A stretch of 41,385 nucleotides of DNA from Savitreella phatthalungensis (Eukaryota). Below, one piece after another: positions 40,400 through 41,385 of this stretch (the stretch's first letter is position 1; each line of letters starts with the position of its first letter). The translations under genes were made by a program, and so were the position numbers. Location of the stretch: positions 248,001 through 289,385 of the forward strand of contig AP039704.1 of the NCBI GenBank assembly GCA_051599415.1, given 5' to 3'. Below the pieces are notes generated by a model. That model was not told the origin of the DNA, ran no database searches, and saw only the letters and a program-made list of their open reading frames with translations.

Positions 40400-41150
40400 A
40401 CAAGCAGAGACAGAGTCAGTGGCAGGGGCAGGTGTTCAAACAACAAGTGACAGTGCAGGAATGATATATATCAAGTGATGTTGCAGTGTTTAACAGATGA
40501 CAGCATTTGACAGATGGGAGTGAAGTGATGAAACAGGGTACAGTGCAGGCAACAGTGAGTGACAGAAACAGAAAACAGTAGATGACAGGTGAACAGCAAT
40601 TGGCAGACCAAGGGTTTGACAAATGCCAGGCCACAGAGCAGGGCAATGAGGCAAGTAGTAGCGCAGGTAATGGTATTTGAGAGATGATGACACAAGTGAC
40701 AGTGCAGATAACACCGGGTGACAGATGATGGTGCAGGCAACAGCACATGGCAGACAACGGTGCAGATAACAGCATTTGAAGGAGACCAGGCAGGTAACGC
40801 GACATTTGACAGAGACAGGGACAGGGCAGGTGACAGCATGTGAGGGTTACAGGGTGTGTAATGGCAATTGAGAGATGGCAGTAGAGGTGTTGGGATTGAT
40901 GAGTGATTTTGACAGTTGATGGCATTTGGCAGGTGATGGCATTTGCCAGGCAGCAGGGCGGATAACAGTATTGGACGAGTGGCACAGTTCAGGTAACAGC
41001 ATTTGACAGGCGACATGGAGGTAACAGCATGTGACAGGTGACAGGTGATATGCAGATGACAGCATTTGGCATTTGGCAGGTGACGGTGCAGTTGCAGATG
41101 AAACAGATGGCAGGTTGGGTAACAGTTGGAATGTGGAGAGCAAATGACAT
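40400..41150 (+). repeat. Telomere-adjacent degenerate purine-rich repeats (ACAGCATTTGACAG, GGTGACAG, GGCATTTGGCAGG)
   Basis: Recurrent short motifs, a strong G+A bias on the + strand and few CpG. Confidence 0.6.
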
Positions 41151-41252
41151 GGGTTAGGGTTAGGGTTAGGGTTAGGGTTAGGGTTAGGGTTAGGGTTAGG
41201 GTTAGGGTTAGGGTTAGGGTTAGGGTTAGGGTTAGGGTTAGGGTTAGGGTTA
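41151..41252 (+). repeat. Telomere repeat (GGGTTA)17, i.e. TTAGGG type, G-strand running toward the window end
   Basis: 102 bp perfect hexamer array in the orientation expected for a right chromosome end. Confidence 0.98.
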
Positions 41253-41315
41253 CACAAATCTACGGACCTGTTAGTATGTCAATCATCCATATAGTATAGC
41301 AGTCCTGTAGGGTTA

Positions 41316-41374
41316 GCTGTTCTCGCAAAGGCAGAAAGTAGTCTTAACCTTAGCAATACGTAACTGAACGAAGT
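41316..41374 (+). other. Untrimmed Oxford Nanopore native barcode (BC06/NB06 as I recall it) plus ligation adapter
   Basis: GCTG-TTCTCGCAAAGGCAGAAAGTAGTC-TTAACCT is the barcode with its native flanks. It is followed by AGCAATACGTAACTGAACGAAGT, the reverse complement of the ONT adapter ACTTCGTTCAGTTACGTATTGCT. Confidence 0.93.
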
Positions 41375-41385
41375 AGAGGCCACAC

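Noticed and set aside
40416..41257. Cys/Leu-rich and (NP)n ORFs on the minus strand
   Set aside because: They arise from strand-biased subtelomeric repeats and the telomere hexamer.
41151..41385. Interstitial telomere or chromosome fusion junction
   Set aside because: The distal sequence contains ONT barcode and adapter, and there is no inverted CCCTAA array.

Overview
This is fungal nuclear DNA covering the last ~41 kb of a chromosome arm. The very compact, intron-poor genes with 45-60 nt introns suggest a Taphrinomycotina-like yeast (inference). Positions ~1.2-30.3 kb are gene-dense: a GH28 rhamnogalacturonase, a DDT/WHIM chromatin protein, a TLC-like membrane protein, cystathionine gamma-lyase, RRP1, SEC26, mago nashi, LCB4, NCR1, an SDR, an IML2/TTC39 protein, ATG13, KAP123, a BCS1-like ATPase, a Tat-SF1/Cus2 splicing factor and a secreted Cys-rich orphan. 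Beyond ~30.3 kb lies the subtelomere. It contains, in order: decayed sequence; two inverted LTR-like relics forming a ~460 nt foldback; an intact orphan ORF with a PD-(D/E)XK restriction-endonuclease-like motif and a putative NLS; a helically phased GGCGCC array; an ACTAG/GTAGT satellite carrying CACGTG-tipped hairpins; a (CAG)24 tract; and (GGGTTA)17 telomere repeats. The last ~70 bases contain an untrimmed Oxford Nanopore native barcode and adapter, so they are an assembly artefact. The best candidate for a novel system is the nuclease-like ORF with its flanking foldback and palindrome arrays, but any functional link between them is a hypothesis.
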